From Podarcis gaigeae (lineage: Eukaryota): a stretch of DNA of 64,000 bases. Position 1 is the first letter of the stretch, and the number at the start of each line of letters is the position of its first letter. This document shows positions 58,741-64,000 of the stretch, in pieces. Under the pieces are notes generated by a model. That model did not search any database. It was given only the letters and a program-made list of their open reading frames with translations, and was not told the DNA's origin. A program made the translations under genes and the position numbers. The stretch is taken from NCBI GenBank assembly GCA_964106915.2, contig OZ066921.1; one strand, given 5' to 3'.

Positions 58741-60890
58741 CTAAAGAGTTAAAGCAGACCAGTGATTTCAGTTACCAGAGGCTTTCTTTAAAAAACAAGC
58801 ACAACTGGGGTGGGGAGGGGGAAGAGAAAAGAACACAGATCTGGGCCATACTTAAATCTACCAATATAAAATCACAACGCAAGACTGCAAACTGGGAAGA
58901 AATGTAGAAGGGGGTGTGTGGTTTCATGTACCGTACTCACAACAGAAATTCAGTAACTAAACTGTATAAGCCTGAAATTTAAGCCCTTTTAATCTTTGTT
59001 TTATGTAAGAATGTAAGAAAAAGGCACACTGCTATTTAGGCAAAAATACCTGTATAAATATAGTCAGCTGGCATGAGATGGCAGCCATCTTAAAACTGTT
59101 CATCATGCTTTCGTCACTAATTATAACCATTTTGACCAGTGGTCACTGTAAATCCCTAGACTATGTAATTAAATGCATACAGCTGAGCAGAACTCACATT
59201 GTATATGCAAAATCATGCATCCTTTAAGTGAAACATGAATTTTGAAATGGATATAGTTAGGCCAATAAATCCATTTTAGGAATATTAAAATACAATATTC
59301 CTTCAATGACTATATTGATTGTGATAAAACTATTTATATTCTGGCATCCAGGCCATATCCCAGACCACATGGCTGCTGGATGCTACTTATTTGTGTCCTG
59401 AGATTACATTTGCTTCACTGTCCATTAGTTCCCCCCCCCTTATATACAAGTGGCCCAATCCAGCAGCACTTGAAACTTTCCACCAAATTAAAGAGAGAGC
59501 ATAAGTAACTCTCCCAGTGAAATCAATGGCACTTAAAATATGATTATGCCTACATTTTTTCCTGTAGCGTAAATACAATTATTAGAATAATTGTACACTG
59601 CACATCAATCTTCACCAGGCTGAAAACATTAAATGTTTTATTACAATGATGCAGATTTAGGAGGAGGAGCCACTCATGGACTGACCTGATTAAACATTTT
59701 TCTATTTTGCAACACAAATAAAGGGGCCTCTGCCCTTTTCAGAAGTAGATTAGACAGAACAGCATCTAGCCGTTGCTAATGTACATTCAGTGTAGCATCC
59801 AAGGTGAAGAGAAATATTTCAGTGGTAAAAGGAAAGGCTTGCTTTGCTCCTGACCTTGCAGCAGTTCAAGTTTACAGACACTATATAGTGACGGATCAGT
59901 CTGATTTATTTCTTTTAGAACCATCTCTTTAAGCTGCTGAGTCTGCTCTAATGAAGTAATACATGCAACACGGCTCAGCCTCTAACCAGCAACATTGTTT
60001 AGAAACTGCATTGAATGGTCAGTTCCATAAATGAAACCAATTTGAAGAAGGCCCCCAAAGGGCACTGTCTTTCGGACATCCCTAGCTTCAAGCTTTTTAG
60101 GAATGCTGTATCCCTGATGTGGGCTTCTGTTTGTACAAGTCCTCACTGGCTCACAGGGAGAATGGGAATGAATTGTGTGCTCTGCAGATCTGAGTGCCTA
60201 CGTATATTTCAAGCTTGTCCTCTGTGAACTAAAAAGTACTTGTCTTCTTTTTTGAACACCAGCATGTGCACCATAACATCAAACCAGGGGCATGGGCAGC
60301 CCTAAGCCAGTTCCCACAATACAGCATTGTGAAAGGTAGAACAAGTCTACATCAGGACCTCAGTATCTCAGCCCACAAAGGCCTGGAAAATCATTCAAGA
60401 ACAGCCATAATCAACAGTTTCATGGCTATTTCCAGCACTACGGATCTTTTAGTACTTAGTACTTTAGTACTTTAAGCTTTGTTAGTAAAGCTTCATAGAA
60501 AACACTGCTTGAAATGTCTGCTGTACTAGTCTGGAATGCCATAAAACCTGCATCCACCACTGTGCTCCTGCTACCAAAAGGCCCTGAAAAAAATGTGTTT
60601 AATGCTGATAAGTGTTCTACCTCAATAAAAAAATCGTGGGTTCTTTTGTGTTTTCGTGAAAAAGAAAAGCTCAACAACTTTGGGGTTTGTCTAAAAAAAA
60701 CCACAACTCAACAACTTTCGGGGTATCCTGGCAACCCTATTTTAGGACTTCTCTGCAGGCTTCATGCACAGTGTGGAACACTGCTATGTAACAAATTTAT
60801 GTACAAATGAAATAGAATCTAAGCATGAAAAAACTCTCTCAGTGGCACTTGGCAGGTAAGATATATTCTATGTTTAGCTATAGTCTAGCT

Positions 60891-61076
60891 CAGGGGTTGT
60901 CAACCTGGTCCCTACCGCCCACTAGTGGGCATTTCAGGATTCTAGGTGAGCGGTAGGGGGTTCTACGGCACAAGCTGAATCCTCCTTCCATTGAGCACTG
61001 GTGGGCAGTAAGGAAATTTTACCATCAAGAAAGATGCATTAGTGAGCGGTAGGTATAAAAAGGTTGACTACCCCTG
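60891..61076. mobile_element. hAT-Charlie-type MITE, 186 bp, with TSD
   Basis: TIRs CAGGGGTTGTCAACCT / AGGTTGACTACCCCTG; TSD GTCTAGCT / GTCTAGCA; repeated subterminal GTGRGCRGTA motifs. Confidence 0.9.
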
Positions 61077-62877
61077 GTCTAGCAAAAGTAGCAGCTGTAC
61101 GAAAACCTATTTTTAAAAAGATGTTTAATCGGTTTTTGCATTTGAGGACAGGTCTGGATAAAATAAATATTTTAAATCTCATGAGAGTTTCAAGTACATG
61201 ACGGCAGGCCTATAACACAGTAAACAAGAATCTGTGTTCACAATTTCTACCTAAATCTGCTCGTTCATAAGCAGTATGCATAAATCAACTGCACAACTAG
61301 AACTTCTCCTTCTCATCCTTGAGAAACTGACAGTGGCATTTTAAGAGCCTTCTATGAATTCTCCAAAATTCTATATGCTGAAGGGGTCATCACAGTGTCA
61401 CTCTGCTAAATACTCCTTCTCTTCCCGTTTCTCATCCATGTCCAGGGATCTAAAATGTGAATACACACTTTACTTAGGTGCTACTGGTTAATATAAAGTC
61501 CAGTAGGTTAGACAGGTATTTTATGAAAACCAGAACCATGCCTCTAGTAGTCAAACACAGTTGTTTTCATCGTAGTACTTTGCCTTTTGTGATGGCAACA
61601 TTTGCACTGAGCTATTCAGGATGACTCCAGATATGTGTCTTGAATAGTAATAAATTAACAACAATAATTTCTGTTATAGTATCATTATTACTATAAATGC
61701 TACTGGCTAGCTGCACTACTCTTCCATGTACCACCTTGTTGAAAGAAAACTATATTGAGGTTCAAACCTGTCTAGGTTCAAACCTCTGCTTAGCCATGAA
61801 GCTCAATGAGTAGTCCTTGAGCAAGTCACCAGCCCTGCTTGTGCAACAGAGTAAACCATGGTTAATGGTTGACCATGATCACACCTAAAAAGGCCTGTTT
61901 AGCTTCTCTCTGCTTATGGGCCAAGGAAACAAACACCAATTCCTCCTCACTTTGAACTGCTTCCAAAGCAGGGAGCATGGTTTGTTTCACTCCAACAAGC
62001 CACAATCAGTAAGCCAAAAACAAACCCAATAGGGTTTACTTCCAAGTAGACACACACAGGATTACACTGTTAATGTCAAGAAACCGAACTTGCTTCTTTG
62101 AAGAACTCACCACTTTAAGAAAACCTTCCCTGTATCTATTTCAGTTTGAATAAATTCTGGCAATGCTTGCCAATTTTGAAATTTGCAAGACAAGCATAAA
62201 ACATTTTACTTTATGTCTGTCCTCTGAGTTTTTAATCACCTTTGTCTGAGGAAAACTCTCTGCTTTGTTGCAAAGGATACCAAATTATAACAATGCTGCA
62301 GTGGCAACATAAAATATACTCTGTAGAGTTTATTATAATCTACCTTTACAAAGTTATATTTTAAGTATGGAACTGGAACAACAAAGTGTACACAAATTGA
62401 AGGTGATTTTCCTACAGATGGGAAGGTGTTTCCTATCTGCACAATATTCACCAACCTAAGGATAGCTTTGTGAACATACCACAAACACATACAGAAAATA
62501 AAATAAGCCCACTGTTTTATTATGAGCTACAAAAATAAACATTACTGGAAACCAGTGGGCAATCACTTGGATCCCAATATTCCCCTGTATGAGCAGTGTG
62601 TGTGTGAGAGAGAGAGAGATTCTTCAGGCAACTGCACTCACCTCTCTACTCTGAAGGTACTCTATCCTTCTGTAGCCTGTTTTAAACTGACACTGAGGTT
62701 GCAGATGGAGAGAAACAGTGACACATACAACCTTATGAGTGGAATTGTATTCTGCTCATGCAGCAGGACCTTTGGATCCAAGCCACTATTTCTAAATTGA
62801 GATGCAGTTAAGTGAAAAGTGTGAAGTGGAAAAGATGAGAAACCACCACCCAGGCATGACTACAGACAACAACAGCA

Positions 62878-62900
62878 ACACACACACACACACACACACA
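62878..62900. repeat. (CA)n microsatellite
   Basis: About 11 CA units. Confidence 0.93.
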
Positions 62901-63456
62901 ACCGAGAAGCACACAGCAAAACAGGATTAGAGATTTATTTCTGAAAAATCAAATACATAACTGAAGTGACATGGAACACAAATTTGGTTCAGCGTATTTT
63001 AACATTTTAGTAAGTGTTAATATAATAAGATCAAAATCAGCTGTCTTTAATTGATGGAGAGAGTGAAACAGAAGTAGGCGAAGTGCAGATCCCTTATAAA
63101 TAGCTTTGTATGGTACTGTTGAGGAAGACATGGAGGAGCCGATCTCAGCTTCAGGGATTACATTTTTAACATGCTTTTATTGAAAAGCTTCCTATTCACT
63201 AATCAGTTTCCACAGGGAAGAGCTAGACAACAATTCCAGGACAGATTAGTTCAATAGTTGCTAAATCAGACTAGAATATATATTCATATGTAAACCTTGC
63301 ATTTTAGCATAAGAAACCATTGAACTTAGTTCCAGATTATCACCTCTCCTGTATTTCTCAGTGTGAACCTGAGCTGAACACTAGGGAAAAGTTAAGGTAA
63401 TGCTTTTAGCTTGTTTTTTAAACATATGTTGATAGAACTTAAAGGCAGATACCAAC

Positions 63457-64000
63457 CCATTTCCTGCTTTCGAGTTGCTTTTGCTGTCCGTGCTGAGCTG
63501 AGAAAGGACATAATGAGGCGCTTTGGCACTGTCAGCATCAAAGATATCCATGGTTGACTCTTCACAATCTCGCCGTTTGATCCCCGGTCTCTGCTTTGGA
63601 TTTCGTTTACGTGATTTACGTGGCACCTCAGTGTTATCATTGTAGGAACTGGTGCTCATGTTACTGAAGTTGGAGGGGGAATCCTCCATCCACATACTGC
63701 AGCTCTGCTCAGATTCCAATCCGCACCCCTCATCCTGGCAGGACATCCGGCTGTTGTCCAGCAAGTCCTCCGGTGGTGGTGTGATGTACAGGACTGTGTG
63801 CCTCTTCGGTGTGGACTGTTGTTGCTGCTGCTGGGCTGTGTTATTGGTTAACTGCTTGTCACTTACCCCTCGGTTACTTACCCCCATGGCTGAGGAGCAG
63901 CTCTCCACTTGCATAGCTTTGCTGTCAGTGACTGAGGTAGAGTAAATGGTGGGACTGGAAGAGGTGGTAAAGGAGCTGCAAGCACCGCCCATGGAGGAAG
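63457..64000 (-). CDS. NFAT5: NFAT5 N-terminal exon (isoform-a Met at 63992, auxiliary export domain, NLS), truncated by window edge
   Basis: [32 protein letters not shown]...[23 protein letters not shown]...[17 protein letters not shown]...AGNG|GTTGGT. Confidence 0.97.

Noticed and set aside
58941-58971. Possible 31-nt poison microexon in NFAT5 (ttcag...GTGAGT)
   Set aside because: No polypyrimidine tract and weak exonic donor bases; would need RNA evidence
60384-60394. TonE/ORE match TGGAAAATCAT in an NFAT5 intron (autoregulation)
   Set aside because: Several matches to TGGAAANNYNY are expected by chance in 64 kb; no clustering seen
1-64000. CRISPR array, prokaryotic operon, viral or defence system
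   Set aside because: Eukaryotic intron-exon genes throughout; no repeat-spacer array, no long unexplained ORF, no intact transposase or retroviral ORF

Overview
Vertebrate genomic DNA, very likely a squamate lizard (probably lacertid, inferred from tRNA-derived Squam-type SINEs, CR1 LINE fragments and hAT/pogo MITEs). The window holds the conserved WWP2-NOB1-NQO1-NFAT5 block (same order and orientations as human 16q22.1). From left to right: the 5' half of WWP2 on the minus strand (non-coding exon 1 plus coding exons 2-9, C2 domain to WW1, cut by the left edge); a head-to-head bidirectional promoter (CLEAR/E-box, ETS, ZNF143 and YY1 motifs); a complete NOB1 (+, 9 exons, 423 aa, one GC-AG intron); a complete NQO1 (+, 6 exons, 275 aa, promoter-proximal ARE, His161->Asn); and most of NFAT5 on the minus strand (11 coding exons, 1424 aa from the isoform-a Met, a 3'UTR intron and a ~4.8 kb terminal UTR exon), converging on NQO1. 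Exons were derived by hand from splice sites and reading-frame phase and compared from memory with the human proteins. No database search was run. Most other ORFs in the track are spurious. I found no evidence of a new multi-gene system. The best leads are a candidate intronic-polyA truncated NFAT5, an NQO2-like active-site residue in NQO1, inverted CR1 copies flanking an in-frame, stop-free 357-nt WWP2 exon block, MITEs carrying ZNF143-like motifs, and a possibly horizontally transferred hAT MITE.
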